A DNA stretch of 64,000 bases from contig NW_013657654.1 in the NCBI RefSeq assembly GCF_000142905.1, positions 186,001 to 250,000 of the forward strand, written 5' to 3'. A model generated the notes under the pieces. It ran no database searches. It was not told the origin of the DNA and was given only the letters and a program-made list of their open reading frames with translations. Positions 33,418 through 43,800 of this stretch are shown here, piece after piece (position 1 is the stretch's first letter; every line of letters begins with the position of its first letter). A program made the position numbers and the translations under genes. This DNA is from Thecamonas trahens ATCC 50062 (lineage: Eukaryota; Protista; Apusomonadida).

Positions 33418-34802
33418 TCAGGTAGTGGACCAAGGAGGAATGACGGCGTCAAGATGGGCGTTGGTGAGATCGATGTCGAGGGCAACGGCCATAAGCTCGT
33501 CGGGCGACAAATCGTAGTGGCCGTCGAGGGCGCGGAAGGCCATCATAGCCTCGCCCATGTCGGAGCAGGCGAGAACGGCAGAGCGGACGTAGGCAGTGAG
33601 GGCAAGCGCGATGCGGAAGAGGATCTTCTTGCCCTCGGCGAGAAAGGCGTCGAGGATGCGGACGCAGTGTGCGCCGGGGAGGGCGCCGGTGAAGAGGGTC
33701 ATGAACCAGGGGGTGGCGTAGAGGTTGGCAGCAGCGCCGACGTCTACAAGATGGTTGGCAAGGGGGGGTCGGTCTCGGCCAACAGCGCGTCAAGCGCTTC
33801 GCACCACGACAGAAGCAGCGGGAGGCCCGGGCGGTAGACGTCGCCGAGACCGTAGACCGCGTCTGGCCCAGAGTCGCACATCGAGACAAGCGTAGCAAAC
33901 GCGTGGGCCTCGCTCATGTACAGCAACAGGAGACCAGCAAGTGAGGCCATGCCCTGGCAGTACCCAACGTCGTTCCGCATCAGGGCAGCTGCTGAGAGAA
34001 CCCGCCCCAGTGCAGACTGAAGTGGGCCGCCGACGCCACGAAAGCCGGCGTGGTGCGGAAAAGTTCGATGCAGATCCTTGACAATCTGAACTCGCTCCGG
34101 CTCGGCCGGCGTCTGCAATAGCAGCTCGTCGTAGCGGGCGACATACGCGTCGGCGCCGGCAAGCGCCGGCCACACGACCGACCGCACCTCGGCCGGCACG
34201 CCCTTGCGCGCCCGCTTCTTGGCTTTGCTCATCTCCCGAAGCGCCTTGCCTCCTGCGTGGGCCTTGTCCACCATCGCCAGCCACTTGCCGGCCCGCTTGG
34301 TCCGAGCCGCAGGCGCAGAGTCCGGCCAGCGCGACGCCGACGGCGAGCCACGGACAAAGCCGAGCGCATCAAGCCGCGCATCGGGCCGCAGCCGCAGCGG
34401 CAGCTTGTGCTTGCGTTTGCGCCGCCGCCGCCGCCGCCGCTGCCGCCGCTGCGGCTGCCGCCGCTCAACGCCCATCCGCGGCTCTGCACCTTTGTCCAGA
34501 TCCGAGACCGAGAACGAGGCCGAGGCCGACGTCGACTCAGGCACGACGGCACGATGGCTCGCTGCTGCGCTCGCACCGGCCGCCCGAACACCGGCCGCCT
34601 CCGAGTCGGCCTCCCCCGAGTCGGAAAGATCAAAGACCGACGACTCCCAGGTGAGCGACGAGCCAGTGTCAGCCATGCGGCGGAGGGCAGAAGCCTGCGG
34701 GGTAGGGCTGCGGCGGCGGTTCTTGAGCGGCGACTTGCCCGACGACGACGACCAGCCCCATGACGACCACGACGAGGCCGAGTCAGCCCCCGAGCGTGCC
34801 AT
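33418..34802 (-). CDS. TBC-domain Rab GTPase-activating protein; one-base break at 33772-33778; 3' end uncertain
   Basis: RKGVPAEVRSVVW, QIVKDLHRTFP, VGYCQGM, EAHAFATL. After the shift: LYATPWFMTLF..LP...VRILDAFLAEGKKILFRIAL. Confidence 0.88.
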
Positions 34803-35116
34803 ACGCCAAGGTGGGGGTGGGGGTGGGGTGGGGTGGTGACCAGCGGTGGCGGCGACTCGTGGTGGCTCACTCGACGTGAGTGGCTGGCAAGCCATGTGGC
34901 ACGGCGGGTGGGCGGGCCGGCGGGTGGCCTGGGGGGGGGGGGGTGGCACAAGAGGAGCGAAAAAATGGAGGGCCGACACTCCGGGACGCATGCATGCCTT
35001 GCATGGTACCCACCGCCACCTCCCACCCCTGCCACGGTGCCCACCACATCACTCGCTACCTTCCTCCTGTCCCCCGCTGCACACACACACACACACACAC
35101 ACGACTGCACCACAGA

Positions 35117-38100
35117 ATGAAAAAGGTTTCGAAGTTGCTGGTGGCTGCCCTTGCCGTCGTCTTGGTTCTCCGCAGTGTCGTGGGAACGTGCCCGGACCCG
35201 GCGTCACGCAACGCAGCCGTCGTCCCGCTTGTCCTACCCAGTGGCTCGCACTCGACCGACGCGCGGGCGGTGGCCGCCGGCGACATTGATGGCGACGGAG
35301 TTGACGACCTGGTCACCGCAGGCTCGGTCATGCTTGGCTTGTTCCGCGGCCAGGCTGGCGCTGGCCTCGGCGTCCACGCCTTTGCGAACATCTCGGGCGT
35401 TACAACGCCGATCACGGACGGACTCGCGCTGGCCGACCTCAACCACGACTCGGCCCTCGATATTGTTGTTGCGCTGACTGCCAACCAGTTTCGAGTCTTC
35501 CTCTCTACTGGACCTGGTGCCATCTTTGCCGCCGCCGATGTCTACGTCACAGCTGCGACCATCAACGCGCTCGCTGTGGGTGACGTCGACGGCGACGGCG
35601 CCATCGACGTCGCGCTCGCCACCGCAGGTGCACTCAGATGGTTGCGAAATGTTGGAAACGGAACACTGGAAGCGGTGACACCAGTGGTGGCGGCGGCCAA
35701 CACCAACGATGTCGCGCTTGTTGATCTTGACGCCGACGGAAGCACCGACATGGTCACCGTCAACCCCGGGGCGAGCTCTCCCGTAGTCTGGCATCGCAAC
35801 TCCAACGCAGCCGGCACAGTATGGACAACCCAGTCGTTTGGCTCGTTCATCTCCCCGGCTCATGTCGTCGTGACTGATGTTGACGGCGATGCAGTGCTGG
35901 ACCTGGTCGTCGGCTCGTCGGTCGCCATCCACTGGCTGCGCGGACTAGGAGTAGCCACGTTTGCGCCCGATGTCTCTCTAGTTGGAGGCACTTTTGCCGA
36001 TCCGTTTTTAGTCGGCAAGTTTGGCGGAGCTGGTCCCAGCGATGTGCTCGCACTCGAGGGCTCGTCGCTCCTTCTCCTTGCCAGCAACGAAACGCTGGGC
36101 TTTGCCACAATGACGCTTGCCAAGCGCTCCCTTTTTGCGTCATTTGACAACGCCAAGAGCCTGGCAGCCGGAGACTATGACGGCGATGGCATGACCGATG
36201 TCGCAGCCGCGTGCTCGAACAGTCACTCCTTTGTCTGGTTCTCTAGCTCGAGCGAGCGTGCGCTCTCGACCCCACTCTTTGATGCAGCCGTGGTCAAACC
36301 TCACCCACGGTCGGCCCTGGAAGTTGTGGACATTGATGGCGATGGCTGGAACGACATTGCTGGCACTGTTCCTATCACAGAAGTATTGAGCTACCGCGCA
36401 TGCTTTGGATCAGGGACATGTACTGCCGATATGTCCCCTTTGCAGTCCAACGTCATTGGCTACACCCCGAAGCTCCTGGATCTTGCTGATGTGAACGGAG
36501 ACGGCGTTCCCGATGCCGTGGTCGGTAAGTACTTGGGAACTGACCCTGTCATGTATTTGGTGTCAAAGTCGGACTCCACGCAGTATGTGGGATGGAGGGT
36601 GCTGGCCACTCCAGTGGGAAATGCTGCACCGGTCGAGATCACGTTTGTCGACATGGACGGTGATGGCTTTCGCGACATCTTGCTGGGCTATCGCGGCTCC
36701 ACCAGCGGCGTCGCGCTGTACCCCAACACCGACGGGGCTGGCTCTTTTAGCACAGTCACCCCAATCGACTTGTTGAGCAAGACGAGCAACATCGACGCAT
36801 TGGGTGTCGGCGACGTCAACGCTGATGGCATCCCGGACGTTGTTGTCACCTATCCGGAGCACATCAAGGTGTTCACCAACAACTACACGCACCTGACCGA
36901 GTTTGCCACAGTGTCAACGTCTCCGCCGCCTCCGCCCCTTGAGGCGGTCGCTGTCGTGATTGTAGACCTGGAGCTCGATGGCGCGCCTGACATTGTGTGT
37001 GCCGGAAACGCGGGTGGACGAGCAGTGTTCTGGGCCAGCCAGACAGCGGTCGGCGTTTTCCGCGACCTCGAGCTTATCGTGCTGCCGGCTGATCCGCCGT
37101 GTCCTAGTCCGCCCTGCCCTTGGCAGTTCAGCAAGCTGTACGCGACCGACCTCAACCTTGATAGCGTACCTGACCTGGTGGCGAGTGGTTCGTATGGGAC
37201 GCTGATCATGGTCAACACCCGAATCATCTCGCAAGAGCAGTGGTACTTTGAGGCTTTGCCTCGAGACAAAGCAGTGGCCGCGGTTGGTGATATCAACGGT
37301 GACGGATTCCCCGACGTTGTTGTATCCAACGACATTGCAACTCATTTTCACCACTTTGCGCCGTCATCTGTGTGGGTCCGCTCGCTGCCGACCTCTTACC
37401 GCCCCAATGACCTCGACCATCTTGCAGAGTGTGGCGTTAGTGCGGCTGGCAAGCGATCGCTACGTTGCTTCGCGGCGAGAGTCGAACGTGGGCGACGATG
37501 CGGTGTGCCTGTCGTGCTTCCGCCTTCAGACTATGGGGCCTCTTGCTTGTCTGTCTATCTTGTTGTCCAGGCGCGCTCGGGCGTGGACGTTGTGGTCAAC
37601 GCCACCGGATCGGTTGTCGACTGCGCTGGTGATGCCAGCAGCGTCCTTTTCAAGGTGCCGTCGGGCGTTCATCTCACCCTTCATGGGCTGTCTCTGGCGA
37701 ACGTGGTCGGCTCCCATGATGGAGAGTCTGCGGTGTGGGTGAGTGGAACTAACGCGCAGCTGGTGTTTGATGGGGGGCAGGTGACTGGATGTGGTGAAAC
37801 CGGGCTTGTGGGTGGCGCGTTTCGTGTCGACTCGGGCGGCGCACTAGCGTTGTCGCGGGTGACAGCAACCGGTAACCATGCGACGTTTGGCGGCCTTGTC
37901 GCTGCAACTGGCACCGGGACCGAGCTTGTGGTCGAGAATTGCATCTTGTCAGACCACACGGCCATGGTGCGGGGCGGCGCTGTGTATGCTGCTAACCGAG
38001 CCAGTGCCCGCATTGTGGCCACTGCAAGCACCAGTTCTCGGGCTGCTGTGTCCGGAGGCTTTGTTGCCCTTGACGATGCATCGGTCGAGCTCAACCAGGT

Positions 38101-40879
38101 CTCTGTTATCGACTCACAGGCTGGCATCCGCGGTGGCAGTCTATCGGCGGAGTACACACTTGCTGTCGGTGGTGCGGTTATCGCCACCGACGTGAGCTTT
38201 GTGGAATCGCATGTCTCAGTTGGGAACGGCGGGGCTGTGGCGGTTGCGATCGCAGATGCGTCAGTGCCGTCTGTGACGCTGACACGGGTGACGATGGAGC
38301 GCTGCACTGCCGGGGGTGGCGGTGGCGGCCTAGCACTGACCGGCCGCGACTCGACGCTGCTGCTAGTGGACGTGACTGTGAGAGACACGTCAGCGCAATA
38401 TGGCGGTGGTCTGCTTTGCCTCGCCGACGGAGCCGTGCTCCCAGAAGTTGCAAGCGTGGTGAGAATCGCACTCGGCGACGGATCGCCGGCGCACAGGGTG
38501 ACGACCAGTGGCGGCGGGCTGAGCATCGAGCGCGGACACGCGGTTATTGGCGGCGGCATCTACGAGTGTATGTGTGACATCCAGCCCGGCGTGCAAGTGA
38601 CGTTGAGCGAGACACACGCTGACGGGGCTGGTGGCGGTGGGTTCACTTGCGCAGCGTCGCAGTCCTTGTTCTCACCTGACTCGCCCAACGTGGTGTCGTC
38701 GGTCCCGGGTACTGGCTTTGGCCCAGTGTGGGCAACGCCGCCAGTGCGGATCACGTGGCCGCTGCCACCGCCCGACTCTGTTGGCTCTGCGCTTCCGCTC
38801 CTCGCTACGGCGGCGGCTATGGTCGACGGGTACGGGCAGCGTATCAAGCAGGTCAATACGACGACGACGTTTTCGCTCGTCGGCTTTCCACGCCTAGCCG
38901 CTGGCACAGTTGAGTACATTGGACCAAGCATCATTCCGCTCTCGAACGATGGCCTCTTTGTCTTTGCATCGGTCTCGTTTGGCGTGTACGGCCCGCCGTA
39001 CGTCGATCTGGCTACTGAGATCGAGTTGAGCATTGTCGGCTCGGTGAATCCGGAGTTGGGAACAGCCTCGCGAGTGCCAATCAAGCTCACGCTTTGCCCG
39101 CCGGGGAATGGTGGAGTCCAGCCAGCAATCTCGCCGTGGCTTGTCTGCGTCCCATGCTCTGGAACCGACACGTCGAACGAGACATCGGTCGAGCCGTGTG
39201 TGCGGCGGTCGCCGTGTCCGGAGACGACGCTCGCGGTCCAGTCCAACTCGACGGTGGCGTGCGTGTGCAAAGCCGGGTTCTTCCCTCCGCCAGGACGAAC
39301 TGACAGCGATCCGTGCACTGTCTGCCCGGACGGTGCCGAGTGTCCGCTCGGTACCACCTTTCCACTGCCGCTGCCGGGCTTCTTTCCGGTGGGCGACGGA
39401 ACGTTTGTGCAGTGCAAGCGGCCAAGTGCGTGTCCCGGCGGAGCGCTGGCGGCACCATGCGCGCCAGGCTATGAGGGCTACATGTGCAACACGTGCTCGG
39501 CAGGATTCTACTCGGACTCGGCAGGTCTCTGCAAGAGCTGTCCCAGCAACTCGAGTGTGGTGCTCGCGCTAGCGCTGATCGGACTTGCCCTTGTTGCGCT
39601 CGGTTCGGCGGTGGTGGTGGGATGGGTTGTGGTAGGCGCCGGCAAGGCTTCGGGTCTTGCCAGTGGCGAGATCAAGAGCCAGGCTGAGCTCATTCGCAAG
39701 TTCCGGCGACTGAGCTGGCCGGCATCATGTTCGATGGTCCTCATCTCGTTCCAGATCATCGGCATTGTGGTCGACGTGGATCTGCGATGGAGCTCATCGT
39801 CACGGGCGGTGCTCTCGAGCTTTAACGTCTTCAATGTCGACGCCAATGTGTTTGCATCCGAGTGCGCGCTGGCCTCGTTCCACACCAAGTACGCAGTCTC
39901 AGTCTTGCTCGTGCCCGTCTTTCTCCTTCTTGCCTTTGCCAGTCTTGCGGCTACGGCGCGGATCCTTCCGCCGCTGGGCGTGCTCCAGGGGCTGGAAGCA
40001 CTCTCGATTGGGGCGCTCGCCGACGCGCTGATCTTCAACTATGCACCGCTGCTGTACATCCCGATGGCACGAGCGACGCTGGTGGTGTTCGACTGCACGC
40101 GGCTGCCGTCGGGCGACTACGTGCTCGATGCAGACCCGGGCGTGGCATGCTTTGACAGCAAGTGGTGGCAAGTGGTGTGGATTGGCATGCTCGGAACTGG
40201 CGGCTATGTTGTCGGCGTACCGCTGTACTTTGGCTGGAAGCTCGGCCGGCATCGGCATGAGCTTTTTTCGCCGGCTGTGAGCCAGCGACTCGGCGGGCTG
40301 TATCGGCTGTACCGGCGGAAGATGTACGGATACGGCGTGATGGACCTGGGCAAGCGGCTCGCGCTTGTCGTCATTGCGCTCTTCTTTTCGTCGTCGCAGC
40401 TGCTGCTGATTGCGATGCTCATGGCGGTGCTGACGGGCGCGCTTCTTGTGGTTGTCACACAGGAGCCGTACTACATTCCCATGTACAACGCGCTCGAGGC
40501 CAAGCTGACACTTGTGCTGATGTGTGTGGTGCTCATCGGTGCAGGCTCGTATGCGGAGCGCAGCAGCGCGTCACTTGACACTGCTTTTCTGGTGGTAACG
40601 GTGCTTGCCGTGCTTGTGCTGGTTTGCGTGGCGGTGGCAGGTGTCGTCGCCGACATCAGGCTCATTCTCCGCGACCGGCGGCAAGGGGCTCGGTCGACGG
40701 CCAGCGATCGCCAGCGGCGGCTGATGGCCATCATCACCGATGAGCTCAGGGATGTGGAAGCTGGACCAGAGCTACTGCGCGATGCTGGCCAGTTTCTCGC
40801 GTCGCTCGAGGCTGCGGTGGCGGTCGAAGAAGGCGCGCGAGGGGGAGCCGATGCTGAAATCGAACTTGGTCGTCTGTAG
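35117..40879 (+). CDS. Large surface protein: signal peptide, ~12-14 FG-GAP/VCBS repeats, beta-helix (Pmp/pectin-lyase-like) repeats, Cys-rich repeats, multi-pass TM module
   Basis: Signal peptide MKKVSKLLVAALAVVLVL. Many GD(I/V/L)DGDG..D(I/L)(V/A) motifs, and GGA(V/F)...N.A..GG repeats. CxxCPxGAxC repeats and ~8 hydrophobic segments. Confidence 0.88.
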   Translation: MKKVSKLLVAALAVVLVLRSVVGTCPDPASRNAAVVPLVLPSGSHSTDARAVAAGDIDGDGVDDLVTAGSVMLGLFRGQAGAGLGVHAFANISGVTTPITDGLALADLNHDSALDIVVALTANQFRVFLSTGPGAIFAAADVYVTAATINALAVGDVDGDGAIDVALATAGALRWLRNVGNGTLEAVTPVVAAANTNDVALVDLDADGSTDMVTVNPGASSPVVWHRNSNAAGTVWTTQSFGSFISPAHVVVTDVDGDAVLDLVVGSSVAIHWLRGLGVATFAPDVSLVGGTFADPFLVGKFGGAGPSDVLALEGSSLLLLASNETLGFATMTLAKRSLFASFDNAKSLAAGDYDGDGMTDVAAACSNSHSFVWFSSSSERALSTPLFDAAVVKPHPRSALEVVDIDGDGWNDIAGTVPITEVLSYRACFGSGTCTADMSPLQSNVIGYTPKLLDLADVNGDGVPDAVVGKYLGTDPVMYLVSKSDSTQYVGWRVLATPVGNAAPVEITFVDMDGDGFRDILLGYRGSTSGVALYPNTDGAGSFSTVTPIDLLSKTSNIDALGVGDVNADGIPDVVVTYPEHIKVFTNNYTHLTEFATVSTSPPPPPLEAVAVVIVDLELDGAPDIVCAGNAGGRAVFWASQTAVGVFRDLELIVLPADPPCPSPPCPWQFSKLYATDLNLDSVPDLVASGSYGTLIMVNTRIISQEQWYFEALPRDKAVAAVGDINGDGFPDVVVSNDIATHFHHFAPSSVWVRSLPTSYRPNDLDHLAECGVSAAGKRSLRCFAARVERGRRCGVPVVLPPSDYGASCLSVYLVVQARSGVDVVVNATGSVVDCAGDASSVLFKVPSGVHLTLHGLSLANVVGSHDGESAVWVSGTNAQLVFDGGQVTGCGETGLVGGAFRVDSGGALALSRVTATGNHATFGGLVAATGTGTELVVENCILSDHTAMVRGGAVYAANRASARIVATASTSSRAAVSGGFVALDDASVELNQVSVIDSQAGIRGGSLSAEYTLAVGGAVIATDVSFVESHVSVGNGGAVAVAIADASVPSVTLTRVTMERCTAGGGGGGLALTGRDSTLLLVDVTVRDTSAQYGGGLLCLADGAVLPEVASVVRIALGDGSPAHRVTTSGGGLSIERGHAVIGGGIYECMCDIQPGVQVTLSETHADGAGGGGFTCAASQSLFSPDSPNVVSSVPGTGFGPVWATPPVRITWPLPPPDSVGSALPLLATAAAMVDGYGQRIKQVNTTTTFSLVGFPRLAAGTVEYIGPSIIPLSNDGLFVFASVSFGVYGPPYVDLATEIELSIVGSVNPELGTASRVPIKLTLCPPGNGGVQPAISPWLVCVPCSGTDTSNETSVEPCVRRSPCPETTLAVQSNSTVACVCKAGFFPPPGRTDSDPCTVCPDGAECPLGTTFPLPLPGFFPVGDGTFVQCKRPSACPGGALAAPCAPGYEGYMCNTCSAGFYSDSAGLCKSCPSNSSVVLALALIGLALVALGSAVVVGWVVVGAGKASGLASGEIKSQAELIRKFRRLSWPASCSMVLISFQIIGIVVDVDLRWSSSSRAVLSSFNVFNVDANVFASECALASFHTKYAVSVLLVPVFLLLAFASLAATARILPPLGVLQGLEALSIGALADALIFNYAPLLYIPMARATLVVFDCTRLPSGDYVLDADPGVACFDSKWWQVVWIGMLGTGGYVVGVPLYFGWKLGRHRHELFSPAVSQRLGGLYRLYRRKMYGYGVMDLGKRLALVVIALFFSSSQLLLIAMLMAVLTGALLVVVTQEPYYIPMYNALEAKLTLVLMCVVLIGAGSYAERSSASLDTAFLVVTVLAVLVLVCVAVAGVVADIRLILRDRRQGARSTASDRQRRLMAIITDELRDVEAGPELLRDAGQFLASLEAAVAVEEGARGGADAEIELGRL

Positions 40880-40893
40880 CTGCGCTAGCCTCT

Positions 40894-43800
40894 TTACACG
40901 ATGTGGTTGACACGCTCGTCTTCTTCGCGTGCAGCACGGCGGGCTGAAACAACAACGTCGTGGAAGACGTCGTGGAGGCCAACCTGCGAGATGCCCCAGT
41001 CGGTGATACCGAGCACCGGCGCAGCCTGCACGAGCTTGGCAAAGACATCCGAAAGGGCGAGCGAGCGGGGAGGAACCAGGTTTGAGAGCCGATAAAGGTC
41101 TCACCGAGGCGGATAGAGCCAAAGAGGCGGACGAGGCCGTCAGCCACCGAGTCGGCGACGTTGTCATCAAAGGCGACGTAGAGACGGTAGCCGTCGTCGA
41201 GGCGAGCGTTGAGCTCGAGCTGAGTGCCAAGTGCATGAAGCGAGCCTGAGGCCATGATGGCAATGCGCGAGGCAAGGAGTGAGGCCTCATGCAGCGAGTG
41301 TGTGGTGAGGACCATGGCCTTGCCGGCCTTGGCGCGGTCGATGATGTCCCAGAGTGCGCGGCGAGAGACCGGGTCGAGGCCGGTCGACGGCTCGTCGAGG
41401 AGAACAACGGTTGAGTCGCCGATGAGCGAGATGGCGACCGAGAGTCTGCGCTGCATGCCACCACTCAGCTGGTGGGCCTTGCGCGAGGCGTAGGGTGCGA
41501 GGCCAAAGGCAAGCAGGGCGCGGGCAGTGTGGGTGGCCTCGTCGCGCGGCGGAACGCCCTTGAGGCGGGCGTAGAAGAGCAAGTGCTCCGAGACTGTGAG
41601 CGTCTCCCAGAGAATGTTGAACTGCGGGCAGAGGCCGGTCTCCAGATGGACGAGGTCGATGTGGGTCCGGACATCGTAGCCAGCGACAGTGGCCGAGCCG
41701 CCGGTTGGCGGGAAGACGCCGGTGAGGATGGAGATGGTGGTGGTCTTTCCGGCGCCGTTTTCGCCGAGAAGGGCAAGGCATTCACCGGCCTCGACAACCA
41801 GCGAGAGACCCTTGAGCGCGACCTTGGTGGTTGGCCGCCAGAGGCGGGGTAGGTCATGGCGAGGTCGCGGATGACGACGGGCGAGTCAGGTGCATGGCGG
41901 CCGGCGACGATACGGTCGCGCTCGGCCTGGGCGTCGAGGGAGAGGGAGTACTGCTGTGACGACGCATGAGCAAGCAGCGGCTCGTGCTCGTCGCTGTGGC
42001 CGTCATTGATGGACAGCCCAGTGGCAAGTGGGTCGATGGCTTGCGAGTGCTCGCTCGCGCCGCGATACGCAGTGACACAGCGAGCGCAGGGGAACCACCA
42101 TGGCTTGCGAATGCCAAACTCTTGTGGGAGAACGGCGTCGAGGTAGTTACCAGCAGCAAAGAAGAAGACTGCAGAAGCGTAGAGGGCGATGATGACGTGG
42201 GAGAGTTCGTCTTGCATCGTGAGTGAGGAGAGGCCGCCATAGCAGGCGAAGCGGGTGGCGCACTGCAAGTTCATGAGGTAGACGCCGCGGCAGAGGGCAA
42301 ACTGCGGCCAGATGAGGTACCACCACGGCATCGAGGTGGAGACAGAAAAGGCAAAGACGCCATAGATGCCAGCAGTGATGACCAGGCCGATGAGTGAGCC
42401 AATGAGGGCGACAATGTAGCCGACAACAATGGCGACTTGACGCGAAGAGACAAACGAGGCAAAGAAAAAGGCGAGGCCGACAAGAGCCATGCCCCAGCCG
42501 ATGAAAAAGGCAGCGAGTGTCGATGGGCCGGTCTGGACAAAGAAGCGGATCTGGACGAGGCCGCCGGTGGCCCAGAAGAAAGCGATGACAAGACAGTAGA
42601 GACCAAAGAAGAAGCCGTAGTTGGTAGCAATGTAGGGGAGCGTCCGCAGGCCCATAGTCTTCATCATTTCGCGGAGCTTGAGCGACTTTTCAAGGACCAG
42701 CAAGTAGAGGTAGACTGGTAGCTGGAGGGTGATGGCGACCGGGTAGAGCATGGTGCCGAAGATCTCAAGTACGACGAGGAGGTCGGCCTTGGCGTAGTAC
42801 GGCATGGCCTGGAGGAAGGGGGTGCCGAGGAGGGCCAGCTCACCAGGCAGAGAAGTGGAGGCACCGACAGCAGCGGTGAGTGCTGATGAGAGGTAGTCGA
42901 TGAGGGTGAGCCAGCCCTGCAGAGGAATGAGCTCGGCGCCCGAGAACTTGTGCAGCAGCTCCTTGTCGATGAAGCCGACGTCGAGCCGGGTAAAGTTGTT
43001 GGCGCGGTGGTAGCGGGTGATGGGATTGTTGTTGACCGAGCCGATGTACGAGAGTGAGATCGGCGCCGACGGGTGCGGCTCGGCGCCGTCGAGCTTGGAA
43101 AAGGCGACAAAGCCGTCAGGTACCTGGTATGAGACCGGTGGGAGCTTGACGGTGTCGAGCGAGAGATGATTGTAGTGGGTGAGGCCCGCGTAGACGGCGT
43201 AGTCCATTGCGCGGAGCGAGGGCTTGGCTTCAAAGTACGGGACTGCTACGCGGGCGGGCACGGTGTCGACGAGCGTACAGTTAGACTGCGGAATGAGGCC
43301 AAGGAAGCCTGTGGCATTGGCACCCGAGGCTGGAAGCGAGCCGATGGTGGGAGCTAGTTGTGGTGGCGCAGTCACGTAAAAGTACTCGAGGCAGGTCGAC
43401 TGCGAGACGTTGGCAGGTCGATGGGTCGAGTTGACGAGCCACGACGGAATAGACGAGGTGTTGAAGAGCGGAAAGCTGGCGAGGTCGTACTTGCCATTGA
43501 TCGGCCACGGGAGCGAGGGCACAACCTTTTCGGCGTTGAGGTCCGAGCCGAGCTCGGCGCGGATAATGTACTGCAGCAGGACAAGGATGCCCATGACAAA
43601 CATGGGGGTGATGATCTGGCAGCAGTTGGTAAAGGTCTCGCGCTTCTGGAGCGAAAGGTTCTTGCGGATAAGGGCGCGGAAGGGGCGCGACGACGGGAGG
43701 GACGACGGGCGCGAGTCTGGGCGTGATGCTGGCTCTGGGGAGGAAGTCTCTTGCGAGGAAGCTTCCAGCGGCGGGGCGAGCTCGAGCTCGAGCTCATTAG

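Noticed and set aside
35117-40879. Integrin alpha subunit
   Set aside because: It has FG-GAP repeats but a multi-pass C-terminus, no thigh/calf organisation and no GFFKR motif.
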